A DNA stretch of 24,447 nucleotides from Candidatus Krumholzibacteriia bacterium. GTDB lineage: Bacteria > Krumholzibacteriota > Krumholzibacteriia > LZORAL124-64-63. The stretch spans positions 1-24,447 of the forward strand of contig JAWOID010000110.1 of NCBI GenBank assembly GCA_046484865.1. The letters are read 5' to 3'. The translations under genes were made by a program, and so were the position numbers. The notes under the pieces are model-generated. The model searched no databases and was not told the DNA's origin. It saw nothing but the letters and a program-made list of their open reading frames with translations. The first letter of the stretch is position 1. Each line of letters opens with the position of its first letter. Shown piece by piece: positions 17,392 through 24,447 of the stretch.

Positions 17392-17394
17392 CAG

Positions 17395-17427
17395 GAGCCT
17401 GCCATGACCTCCTGGAAATCGCGCGTC
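17395..17427 (+). repeat. 33-bp direct repeat, copy 1 (RBS + first 8 codons of the macrodomain gene)
   Basis: GAGCCTGCCATGACCTCCTGGAAATCGCGCGTC is 31/33 identical to 20632-20664. Confidence 0.9.
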
Positions 17428-17943
17428 ACCGTCGTACGCGACGACATCACCGACGAGGACGTGGACGTCATCGTCAATGCGGCCAACGAGGACCTGGCGC
17501 GGGGCGGCGGCGTCTGCGGCGCCATCCACGCAGCGGCCGGGCCCGGGCTCGAACGCGAGTGTCGCGAGATCGGTTACTGCCCCACCGGCGAGGCGGTCGC
17601 CACCGGTGCCTACGAACTGCGGGCGAAGGCGGTCGTCCATACCGTGGGACCGATCTGGGGCGGCGGCGCCGGCGATGAGGAGGACGAGTTGCTGGCCTCG
17701 TGCTACCGCGAGTGCATCGCCCTCGCCGCGGACCTCGACTACTCGACCATATCATTCCCATCCATAAGCACGGGCACCTACGGTTTCCCGGTCGATCGCG
17801 CCGCCGAGGTGGCCGTGGCCGCGATCCGCGAAGCGCTCGAGGAGTACCCCGACATCCGCGAGGTGCGCCTGGTCTGCTTCTCCGCGGGGGATCTCGCGGT
17901 GTACGAGGCGGCGCTCGAGTCAGCGGAAGAGGATGACGGCTAG
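17404..17943 (+). CDS. ymdB: Macrodomain protein (YmdB/MacroD-like O-acetyl-ADP-ribose deacetylase), 179 aa
   Basis: AGGAG RBS. Motifs DDIT, IVNAANEDLARGGGVCGAIHAAAG, VVHTVGP, LASCY, FPSISTGTYGFP. Confidence 0.9.
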   Translation: MTSWKSRVTVVRDDITDEDVDVIVNAANEDLARGGGVCGAIHAAAGPGLERECREIGYCPTGEAVATGAYELRAKAVVHTVGPIWGGGAGDEEDELLASCYRECIALAADLDYSTISFPSISTGTYGFPVDRAAEVAVAAIREALEEYPDIREVRLVCFSAGDLAVYEAALESAEEDDG

Positions 17944-18214
17944 ACGGATCGCCCATGGCCGGCGCCCAGGTATTTCCCGCTCACCCGTGCGACGATGTAC
18001 GCCGCGATCAGCCCGGACATGCTCCAACGGCTCGAGCCACTCCCCTCCGGGACCACCTCTAGCCGTGCTCCGCGACCCGAGGCATGACCCCCTGGCGTGA
18101 ACCAGAGTTTTTTCGTTCACATCATTGATGCGGCATGCGTCCGGCGCGAGGCTCCGCCCGCACTGCCGCGTGGCGTCCACGCACAGAATCGCGACAGGCG
18201 AAAAGGAGACGACC

Positions 18215-18565
18215 ATGCCTTCAAACGTCCTGATGTTCGGCTGGAACCGGGCGCTGGTGGGCCGCGAGCGCATGAGTTCCGAGCACTTCGCGGAGTTCGT
18301 GGGCTACCTCGAAGGACTGCAGGCAGACGGCACCATCGCGTCCCACGAGATCGTGTTGCTCGAGCCGCACGGCGGCGACCTCAACGGGTTCTTCCTCGTC
18401 CGGGGAGAACCGGACAGGCTGGACGCGCTCGTCGGCAGCGACGAGTGGTCCCGGCACATGATCCGCGCGCTGATGCACCTCGACCGCTCCGGAGCCGTCC
18501 GCGGCTACGGCGGCGAGGCGGTCATGCAGCGGATGCAGGTCTGGAGGGATCACCTGCCGGGATGA
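18215..18565 (+). CDS. Hypothetical protein, 116 aa
   Basis: AAGGAG RBS and GC3-biased codons. Motif LLEPHGGDLNGFFLVRG. Confidence 0.8.
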   Translation: MPSNVLMFGWNRALVGRERMSSEHFAEFVGYLEGLQADGTIASHEIVLLEPHGGDLNGFFLVRGEPDRLDALVGSDEWSRHMIRALMHLDRSGAVRGYGGEAVMQRMQVWRDHLPG

Positions 18566-18643
18566 GCGGACCGGTCCGAGTGGCGAGCGAGCGGCCGACC
18601 GGCCCCGTCCTACCCGGCTCATCCACGTCACCGTAGAGCGCGG

Positions 18644-18670
18644 GCCCTGCCCCCGGCCAGGGGGCAGGGC
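18644..18670. terminator. Perfect 11-bp stem hairpin between convergent units
   Basis: GCCCTGCCCCC-GGCCA-GGGGGCAGGGC. Confidence 0.55.
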
Positions 18671-18692
18671 TTCCCGTCGACCATCTCCCGGT

Positions 18693-19075
18693 CTACCGCG
18701 CCAGCGCCCCGCCGTAGTCCGTGCCCGAACCGGTGCAGATGGTGTAGCCGGACACCTCGACGTCGTCGGCGGTGGTCACCTTCGTGATGCCCAGCCACCG
18801 GACCTCCGCGCTCAGTGTCACGCCCTCGTCGTCGGGCGCGCGGGCGAACACCTCGGCGCGCACGTCGAGCGGCGCGCTCACCCGATTGAACCGGCAGGTG
18901 ACCGGCACCTCCCACTCCTGCTCGTCGTCCTGGAAGCTGCCGGCACGGTTGTGGACGAAGAAGAACGGCGACTGGTAGCCGTTGCGCGGCCAGCGTCGGG
19001 CTCTTCCACTCCAGCGTGGCCGAGAGCAACTCCGTCTCGGTGCCGCCCCACAGCCGGAAGTCGCCGTCCGTCCGG
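18693..19075 (-). pseudogene. 5'-truncated, frameshifted relic of a beta-rich (probably exported) protein
   Basis: One frame reads TDGDFRLWGGTETELLSATLEWKSPTL. Near 18990 the protein-like reading switches frame to PRNGYQSPFFFVHNRAGSF...WLGITKVTTADDVEVSGYTICTGSGTDYGGALAR*. Both parts have GC3-rich codons. No convincing start or RBS. Confidence 0.5.
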
Positions 19076-19212
19076 CGCCGTGTGAATGGGGGCGCAGCTC
19101 TGCTGTGAGCAGCGCGCCGCAAGCGTGGGGTCCGGCCAGCGCCGCACGGGTGGCAGTCAGCGCCGATCCCGGCCCCACCGGCATCCTGGCGAACCTCGCG
19201 TTAAAAGGAGGC

Positions 19213-19241
19213 TTGCAGCCCACAAAGACTGAGGGCATGAT
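19213..19241 (+). promoter_or_regulatory. Candidate sigma70 promoter for the PilX-like gene
   Basis: TTGCAG-N17-CATGAT, preceded by A-rich TTAAAAGG and about 20 nt upstream of the GGAGG RBS. Confidence 0.4.
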
Positions 19242-19272
19242 CTGCCCGGTTTCGCTACACGGAGGTAACGCG

Positions 19273-20619
19273 ATGCGCTTTCCATGGCGGCTGCTGGTGG
19301 ACAACCGGGGCTATGCGCTGTTCACGGTCACCGTCTTCGCCTTCATCATCATCCTGGCGAGCATGGCCTTCTTCGCCATGGCGAGCTACGAGACGAATCA
19401 GGCGCTCTACCGCGAGGAGTCGGCGGAAGCGTTCGCCCTGGCCGACGGGGCCGTCGAGCGCGCGCGGGCGAAGTTCCTGGCCGACCGCCTCTGGACCGCC
19501 GGGTTCGACACCACGACCGGCCGCGGCAGCTACACCCTGACCGTGGAGCGGCAGCCCTACACCGATCTCCTGGGCGTGACCCACGACCATACCGTCCGCC
19601 TGCTCTCGACCGGCCGGGTGGGCCGGGCGGTGCGGCAGATCGAGGTCTGGTCGGCCCTGCCGCTCACCTTCGCGGGGCTCACTCACCTCGTCATGGAAGA
19701 CATGCAGGTCCAGGGCAACTACAACATCTTCGGCGGGGATGCTCATATCAACGGCGTCGCCGACTTCGGCCGCGACGACCGCCACCTGCGCAACGGCGAG
19801 TACACCAGCGGCTTCGAGATCGTGCCGCCGGCGGCCCGGACCGATCCCGAGGCATACTCCAGTTCGACCTACTACCGCGTGCGCGCCTGCAACGTGGGCG
19901 GTCCGCTGCACGCCCGGATCGAGCTGTACGATCGTACAACCAGCAACTTCGTGGACGTGACCACCGCCCGGGGCGACAGCCTGCAGAACTTCGTCGGCAT
20001 GCACGGCGGCAGGATCGAGTACGGCTTCACGAACGGCAACGATGTGCGGCATTACTTCGACCAGGAGACCGGGATCTTCAGCCGTCTGCCCGATGATTTC
20101 ACGGTCATCGTCAACTTCGGCGAGCCGCCCGTCCCGCCCCTGGACCCCGTCCTGGTCAGCGATCTGGACTTCCAGGCCCAGAGCCAGTTCACGATGCGCT
20201 CGACGATCATCAACACCCGCTGCTGGAATTCGACGGCCGCGCTGGAGACCACGAGCTGGGAGGGCGGTTTGACCACCGTCAAGCAGATGAGCATGGAGCC
20301 GATCAACGGGCTCGGACTACTCATCCACGACTTCCAGGACAACGGCATGGCCGGCTGCTCGCTGGGCACGGACGAGTGGCCGAGCCTGACCTATGTGACC
20401 GGCGACGTGGTGGACATGAACGCCAACGGCCAGATGCACGGCAGCGTGATCGTCCTGGGCGGCTGGGGCGTGCCGCGGGCGACATCGGGCGGCCCGGACA
20501 TGTACTTCGATCCCGACTTCATGGTGCGGCTACCGGAATACCTGGGCAACGGCTGGGATATCGCCGGCAGCTCGACCATGCACGTGCTGTCCTGGCGCGA
20601 GCTGGCGGCGGATACCTAG
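19273..20619 (+). CDS. PilX N-terminal domain-containing (minor pilin-like) protein, 448 aa
   Basis: GGAGG RBS. Prepilin-like NRG|YALFTVTVFAFIIILASMAFF, then AFALADGAVERA. LLSTGRVG...IEV segment and C-terminal VLSWRE are typical of PilX-like proteins. Confidence 0.8.
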   Translation: MRFPWRLLVDNRGYALFTVTVFAFIIILASMAFFAMASYETNQALYREESAEAFALADGAVERARAKFLADRLWTAGFDTTTGRGSYTLTVERQPYTDLLGVTHDHTVRLLSTGRVGRAVRQIEVWSALPLTFAGLTHLVMEDMQVQGNYNIFGGDAHINGVADFGRDDRHLRNGEYTSGFEIVPPAARTDPEAYSSSTYYRVRACNVGGPLHARIELYDRTTSNFVDVTTARGDSLQNFVGMHGGRIEYGFTNGNDVRHYFDQETGIFSRLPDDFTVIVNFGEPPVPPLDPVLVSDLDFQAQSQFTMRSTIINTRCWNSTAALETTSWEGGLTTVKQMSMEPINGLGLLIHDFQDNGMAGCSLGTDEWPSLTYVTGDVVDMNANGQMHGSVIVLGGWGVPRATSGGPDMYFDPDFMVRLPEYLGNGWDIAGSSTMHVLSWRELAADT

Positions 20620-20631
20620 CTCGCACCTGCA

Positions 20632-20664
20632 GAGCCTGCCATGACCTCCCGGAAATCGCACGTC
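20632..20664 (+). repeat. 33-bp direct repeat, copy 2 (orphan copy of the macrodomain gene start)
   Basis: GAGCCTGCCATGACCTCCCGGAAATCGCACGTC starts 13 nt after the PilX-like stop. Confidence 0.9.
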
Positions 20665-20771
20665 GCGGACCGATCCGGGGCGGCGAAGCCGGCGACGAGG
20701 AAAAGCGCCCGTGGCCGCGAGTTTCCGCAGCGGTGCCCGGGCCGCTTTCCCGCCCCATTGCCCGGTTCTCG

Positions 20772-20780
20772 TGCTATCAT
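20772..20780 (+). promoter_or_regulatory. Candidate extended -10 promoter element
   Basis: TG-C-TATCAT in an AT-rich patch about 40 nt before the ATG at 20823. Confidence 0.35.
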
Positions 20781-20822
20781 CTCGATATCCTGAAAGAAAA
20801 TGTTCATTCAGGAGGTGGGCTC

Positions 20823-21479
20823 ATGCGAATCGTCATCGCAGCGATCATCCTGCTCGCGGCCACCAGCGCCGCGGCCCAGAACCCGTGGGACAACTTCCTC
20901 ACGTTCCAGTGGGACCCGGCGTCCAACGCGTATTGCCCCAATTGCGAGTACGAGCAGAACGACACAATCATTTCCGTGACCCTGTGGCTGATCCGGCCCT
21001 ACAACACCACTTTCGGCGCCGGCGAGGTGCGTGCGGTGGAGAACGTGAGCGGCTTCGACTGCCGCGTGACCGTGACCGAGGGAGCCACGATCCTCGGCTG
21101 GGAGACGGACGTCCCGGCGCTGATATATATCGGGGGGGCCGACGTCCTGGTGCGCTACGACGAACCCCGGCCGGTGATCGACGGACGTCTGGCGCTGGCC
21201 ACCTGCAACATGTACATCGGGAACGTGACCAGCTTCGAGCTGCCGACAGAGCCGATGCCGCGCTGCTGCTACCACGACAACTGCTGGGTCACGGTCGCGC
21301 CGTCGACGCTCTCGGCGATCGAAGGCGAGGTGACCTACCTCGACGCCGACGATCCCGTGGACCCCTACGCCGTCGCCAACCACTTCGGGCCGAACGAGGA
21401 CTTCGAGTTCCAGATCTATCAGGCCCCGGTGGCCGCCGAAGGGACCACTTGGGGCCGGGTCAAGGGTCTGTACCGCTGA
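20823..21479 (+). CDS. Secreted hypothetical protein with C-terminal TWGxVKxLYR motif, 218 aa
   Basis: GGAGG RBS and signal peptide MRIVIAAIILLAATSAAA|Q. Beta-rich, Cys-containing body ending PVAAEGTTWGRVKGLYR. Confidence 0.85.
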   Translation: MRIVIAAIILLAATSAAAQNPWDNFLTFQWDPASNAYCPNCEYEQNDTIISVTLWLIRPYNTTFGAGEVRAVENVSGFDCRVTVTEGATILGWETDVPALIYIGGADVLVRYDEPRPVIDGRLALATCNMYIGNVTSFELPTEPMPRCCYHDNCWVTVAPSTLSAIEGEVTYLDADDPVDPYAVANHFGPNEDFEFQIYQAPVAAEGTTWGRVKGLYR

Positions 21480-21528
21480 TCAAGATCGGTCCTGAGGAAC
21501 TGCGGGCGAGGGCGGTCATCCCCGCCGG

Positions 21529-21798
21529 TCAGCGAATCTCGTCGGCAGCGTCGGCCTCGGACTCGACCTCGACCGCGGTCGCCCGCGCTACGGCGAGCCG
21601 CTGCTCGTGCCGCTCGATCGCGAGCTGGATCGTGCCTCGCAGGGTATGCGGCGCCACGCGGCCGCAGCGGCCGTGCCCGGCGGCGTCGGGCTCGCAGAGG
21701 CGGAAGCACCAGGGGGTGCGGTTGCGGGTGAGCGGACAGCCCAGGTAGGTGTACGGCTTCAGGCGCCGCAGGCGCCGGCGCTGCTTCATCACGGTCAT
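21529..21798 (-). CDS. Small Cys/His-rich hypothetical protein, 89 aa
   Basis: GGAG RBS. C-x9-C-x3-C-x9-C-x5-H pattern (GCPLTRNRTPWCFRLCEPDAAGHGRCGRVAPH). Confidence 0.7.
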   Translation of the reverse strand: MTVMKQRRRLRRLKPYTYLGCPLTRNRTPWCFRLCEPDAAGHGRCGRVAPHTLRGTIQLAIERHEQRLAVARATAVEVESEADAADEIR

Positions 21799-22014
21799 GC
21801 TCGTCTCCACCCGGGAATAGTGGCGCGCAGTGACGTCGAGGGCGGGACTGCCCGGACTGAGCCGCGCGGGACAGACAATAACCGAGTATTTTCATCCTGT
21901 CCAGCCCGCGCCACCACCATAGGCCATACTGGGGGGCGCGCTGAACGAAGTGAACGCCGGCTCGACCGCTGCCCGCCCCGACCGATGTCCGATCTCATGC
22001 CACAGGAGAGCCCG

Positions 22015-22428
22015 ATGGAATCGCGCCGCTTCCTGTCTCGCCGCGCCGAGCCCCCGTCGGGCGACCTCGACCCCCGCCTCGACGCCCTGCGGGACCTCGC
22101 CCTGGCGAAGCCCGGCGCGACCGAGGACTTCCCCTTCGGGCCCGAGGTCATGACCTTCAAGGTGGGCGGCAAGCTGTTCGCCGCGGTGGCGTGGGAGGAG
22201 TCGCCGCTGCGGGTGTCGCTCAAGTGCGCCCCCGACCGGGTGGAGGCGCTGCGCGAAGCCCACGCGGCCATCGGACCGGCGCGCTACTTCGACAAGCGTC
22301 ACTGGAACCAGGTGACGCTCGACGCCGGCGTCGACGACGCGCTGCTGCGCGACCTGCTCGACGACTCCTACGAACTCGTGGTGAAGACGCTGCCGCGGAA
22401 GGTGCGCGATGGGCTCGGTGGCGGGTAG
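22015..22428 (+). CDS. MmcQ/YjbR family protein, 137 aa
   Basis: AGGAG RBS. Motifs KPGATEDFPFG, FKVGGKLFA, SLKCAP, PARYFDKRHWN, DSYELVV. Confidence 0.92.
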   Translation: MESRRFLSRRAEPPSGDLDPRLDALRDLALAKPGATEDFPFGPEVMTFKVGGKLFAAVAWEESPLRVSLKCAPDRVEALREAHAAIGPARYFDKRHWNQVTLDAGVDDALLRDLLDDSYELVVKTLPRKVRDGLGGG

Positions 22429-22508
22429 CGAAGCGGCGGGCCGGCGCTCGGCACCCGGCGCTCGGCGTGCGCTGTCAACCGACACCCGGGTGCACGGTGC
22501 GCCCGGGG

Positions 22509-24446
22509 TCATGCGGTTCGTCTTCCCGCCTTAGGCGCTCCGGCCCTCTCGCTGCGAGGTTCGCGGTCGCGCCCTGCGCGCCGCCGCGCCGCGGGGAGCA
22601 CCAGCTCGAAGGTGGTGCCCCGGCCGGGACGGCTCTCCCGCACGCGCAGCGTGCCGCCGTACAGAGCGAGGTCGCGCCGTGAGCGCGCCAGCCCGTAACC
22701 GCCGCCCGGGTGGTCGCTCCACCCCTCCTCGAAGACGGCCTCCCAGTCGTCGGTCGCGATGCCCCAGCCGGTGTCGGTCACCGTGCACACGACGCGCCCG
22801 CCAGACACGGCCCAGGCGATCTCGAGGCGACGGAGAGAGGCGTCGGCCATGGAGCGCAGGGCGTTGCCCACCAGGTTGTCGAGCACGAACTGGAGGTCCT
22901 GGGGGTCGACCGCGACGACCGGGCCGCCGGAGCCCTGGCCAGGGGACGGCGGTCGATGGACGGTCACGCCGGCCCCGGCGATCGCGTCGGCCTGGGCGCG
23001 CAGGACGGCATCGACCGCATCCGCGAGGTCGCAGCGGAACCCGTCCTCGACGGACTGGCGGATCCGCTGGAGCGCGGCCTCGACCTCGACGGCCAGATTC
23101 GTCGCTCGCGCCTGCAGTGGCGCCGCGATCTCTCGCGACGCCGGCACCTCCTGCAGCAGGGTCCGCAGGTCGCCGAGCACGTCGGCGGCGGTCGATAGCA
23201 GGTGCGCCGGCACACCGGTGCGGCGGGCGAGCGCGAGGATCTCCGCCAGCCGGGGTAGCGCCTGCTCGACGAACTCGGTCACCGACTGGTGGACCCGGGC
23301 CATGGCTGCGCCGGCGCCGGCTGCCGGTCCGGCGCCGGTCGTCCGGCCGGAGCCGGCCGCAGTGCCGGTGCTGGCCGCCGGATCGTTTGTACCGGTCGCC
23401 GGGCCATCGTCGCGCCCGCCGGCGCTCTCGAGGGCCGCGGCCGCGTTCAGACGCCAGACGAGCCGGCGGAGCCCCTGCAGGGCCCCGATCTTCTCGTGGC
23501 TGCCCTTGGCCAGCCGCGCGAGCAGCTGCAGCCGCAGCTCCCGCAAAACGGCCGGGTCGGTCTCGGTCTCCGACGTGCGGCGGCGCCGGCGCCGCCGCCG
23601 CCAGACCGCGCCCCCCGCGGCGAGCAGCACGGCCGCTCCCCCCGCGTACCGGAGCACCTGCGGGTTCCGCGGAGCCGGCTGGAACTCGTACCAGAGACTC
23701 CGCGGCTCGGAGATTCCCAGCAGCCGGGTCTCGGCGTCCGGTTGCCAGAAGAGGAGCATCGGATGCTCGGTCACGCTGCGGAAATCGAGCGCGGCGAGCG
23801 GACGCAGCTCCCTGTCATAGATCTCGACGGATGCCCTGTCCGTGACCGCGATCTCGTCGCCGGGCGCTTCCGGGATCAGGTCAGCCACGAGGCCGAGCAT
23901 GCCCCCGGTCGGGATGGGCCGGCGCGCGACCGTCGCCAACCGGCCGTCCACCCAGGCAAGAACCTCGAGATCTTCACCACTGATCTCCACCACGACCGAG
24001 GGCGCGAAACCGGGGCCTTTGTCGAGGACGTGGAGGCGCGTCGGACGTCCGCGCGTCTGCGTACGCTCCGCCAGGAGGTCGCCATCGCACGACCACACCG
24101 CGATCCGGCCGGCCGCTGCTCGCGGGTCGAAGGACGTCGTGACGATCTCCTGCCCACCCGATCCGTCGAGGTCCGCCACCGTAGCCCACGCGTAGCTACC
24201 CGGTCCGGAGAGGCTGCGCGACCAGAGCGTTGATCCGTCGTGCCGCAGCACGAACACCCGGGCGCTGTCGTCGCTCGCGCCATGGAGCTGCTCGCCATGC
24301 AGGTTGTCGACGGCAGAGCTGCCGAGCACGATCTCGCGCCAGCCGTCCCCGTCGACATCCGCCAGCTGCGAGTAGACCGGGAGGAGATGCGCATCCATCC
24401 GGCGCCGCCAGACGACCTCGCCCGCCGCGGGGTCCACGGCGAGCAC
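22509..24446 (-). CDS. Membrane sensor histidine kinase-like protein with FG-GAP/VCBS-type extracellular repeats (5' end outside window)
   Basis: Repeats ADVDGDGWREIV and ADLDGSGGQEIV. TM followed by poly-Arg. HATPase boxes N (LDNLVGNA), G1 (DTGWGI), F (VFEEG), G2 (GGYGL) and GTTFELVLP. Confidence 0.85.
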   Translation of the reverse strand: MLAVDPAAGEVVWRRRMDAHLLPVYSQLADVDGDGWREIVLGSSAVDNLHGEQLHGASDDSARVFVLRHDGSTLWSRSLSGPGSYAWATVADLDGSGGQEIVTTSFDPRAAAGRIAVWSCDGDLLAERTQTRGRPTRLHVLDKGPGFAPSVVVEISGEDLEVLAWVDGRLATVARRPIPTGGMLGLVADLIPEAPGDEIAVTDRASVEIYDRELRPLAALDFRSVTEHPMLLFWQPDAETRLLGISEPRSLWYEFQPAPRNPQVLRYAGGAAVLLAAGGAVWRRRRRRRRTSETETDPAVLRELRLQLLARLAKGSHEKIGALQGLRRLVWRLNAAAALESAGGRDDGPATGTNDPAASTGTAAGSGRTTGAGPAAGAGAAMARVHQSVTEFVEQALPRLAEILALARRTGVPAHLLSTAADVLGDLRTLLQEVPASREIAAPLQARATNLAVEVEAALQRIRQSVEDGFRCDLADAVDAVLRAQADAIAGAGVTVHRPPSPGQGSGGPVVAVDPQDLQFVLDNLVGNALRSMADASLRRLEIAWAVSGGRVVCTVTDTGWGIATDDWEAVFEEGWSDHPGGGYGLARSRRDLALYGGTLRVRESRPGRGTTFELVLPAARRRAGRDREPRSERAGAPKAGRRTA

Positions 24447-24447
24447 G

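Noticed and set aside
17404..17943. Macrodomain as the antitoxin of a DarTG-like or anti-phage system
   Set aside because: No ADP-ribosyltransferase or sirtuin partner nearby, and the motifs fit a stand-alone YmdB-type enzyme.
18083..18095. Third copy of the 33-bp repeat core (CATGACCCCCTGG, 12/13 match)
   Set aside because: Too short, and the flanks do not match.
20641..20793. 50-codon ORF starting in repeat copy 2
   Set aside because: Only the first 8 codons resemble the macrodomain start. The rest is not protein-like and the RBS is weakened.
22441..22510. 12-bp direct repeat CCGGCGCTCGGC x2 and a GC hairpin between yjbR and the kinase
   Set aside because: Probably an ordinary terminator region. 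Low-information GC-rich matches.

Overview
High-GC (roughly 70% by eye) bacterial chromosomal window from a diderm organism. An FlgD-Ig C-terminal domain (PNPFNP...WNGRD...SGVYF) and a 'TWGRVKGLYR' C-terminal tail suggest an FCB-related candidate lineage such as Krumholzibacteriota, Latescibacterota or Eisenbacteria (inference). Contents in order: a ~0.5 kb internally deleted IS that keeps both terminal inverted repeats; a secreted S9 peptidase; an ABC-2 exporter pair; a receiver-glutaredoxin-like-TrxR-like fusion; two small hypotheticals; a GT-C-type membrane glycosyltransferase; a 3x37-bp tandem repeat; a putative glycoside hydrolase lipoprotein; an outer-membrane beta-barrel; a TPR/DUF2723-like protein + ECF sigma + anti-sigma operon; a beta-propeller/FlgD-Ig secreted protein; a macrodomain protein; a conserved hypothetical; a frameshifted gene relic; an orphan PilX-like protein; a secreted TWG-tail protein; a Cys-rich small protein; MmcQ/YjbR; and a 5'-truncated FG-GAP sensor kinase. 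The most notable observations are the TPR-DUF2723/ECF/anti-sigma module, a 33-bp direct repeat of the macrodomain gene start bracketing 3.2 kb, the TWG C-terminal tag, the IS derivative and the 37-bp repeats. No rRNA, tRNA or CRISPR array was seen. All family assignments come from motif recognition, not database searches.
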